Shown piece after piece: positions 63,384-64,000 of a stretch of 64,000 nucleotides of DNA (within the stretch, counting starts at the first letter, position 1; the number at the start of each line of letters is the position of its first letter). Location: the NCBI GenBank assembly GCA_037441675.1, contig JBBIRS010000003.1, positions 185,930-249,929 of the forward strand. Reading direction: 5' to 3'. The stretch comes from Planctomycetales bacterium. GTDB lineage: Bacteria > 4484-113. The notes beneath the pieces are model-generated. The model saw only the letters and a list, made by a program, of their open reading frames with translations. It did not search any database and had not been told where the DNA came from. The position numbers and the translations under genes were made by a program.

Positions 63384-63645
63384 TCGCGTAACGATCCGGG
63401 CGCTGTCTCGGCGGTGGGCTCGGTGAAGTTGCAAACGGCGTGAAGATGCGCCGTGCCCGCAGTAGGACGAAAAGACCCCGTGGAGCTTTACTGCAGCTTG
63501 GTCTTGGTCTTTGGCTTCGCTTGTGCAGGATAGGTGGGAGGCTATGAAGCCGGGACGCTAGTTCCGGTGGAGCCGACGTTGAGATACCACCCTTGCGTTG
63601 TCGGAGATCTAACCCTGACCCTTGAATCAGGGCAGGAGACAGGGC

Positions 63646-63695
<50 letters not shown>

Positions 63696-63841
63696 TCGCA
63701 AAGGTTCTCTCAGCGCGTACGGAAATCGCGCATTGAGTGTAAAGGCATAAGGGAGCTTGACTGTGAGACCAACAAGTCGAGCAGGTGCGAAAGCAGGCCT
63801 TAGCGATCCGACGGTCCCGCTTGGTAGGGCCGGAGCTCAAA

Positions 63842-63872
<31 letters not shown>

Positions 63873-63907
63873 GTGAGATCCAAGAGTCCACATCGACGAT
63901 CTCGCTC

Positions 63908-63943
<36 letters not shown>

Positions 63944-63947
63944 GAGA

Positions 63948-63981
<34 letters not shown>

Positions 63982-64000
63982 CGGTACGCGAGCTGGGTTC

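Overview
Bacterial chromosomal window, standard genetic code (TAA, TAG and TGA all end genuine genes); the lineage cannot be assigned from sequence alone. Bases 1-57.2 kb are mostly housekeeping and metabolic genes: glyQS, pepA, lysS, birA, serS, queA, trpS, carB, asnA, aconitase, pilD, rplM-rpsI and a split B12-dependent acyl-CoA mutase with isobutyryl-CoA mutase signature residues. They also include a nitrosative/redox cluster (two hemerythrin-domain proteins, an octaheme HAO-family cytochrome, an NnrS-like protein), an ABC efflux operon and several large PKD-repeat lipoproteins. Four ordinary genes carry a single in-frame stop or frameshift. The most interesting part is 57.4-64 kb. After tRNA-Thr(GGT) come two promoter-driven candidate structured RNAs, then a ~100-nt element resembling a compact fused Cas14a-type tracrRNA/repeat with one guide, a cas4 3' remnant, and a disrupted Cas12f1 (Cas14a-like) gene with no CRISPR array. 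This is followed by a 23S rRNA gene unlinked from 16S and interrupted at L1931 by a group I intron encoding a LAGLIDADG homing endonuclease. All family assignments come from motif recognition and recalled reference sequences; no searches were run.
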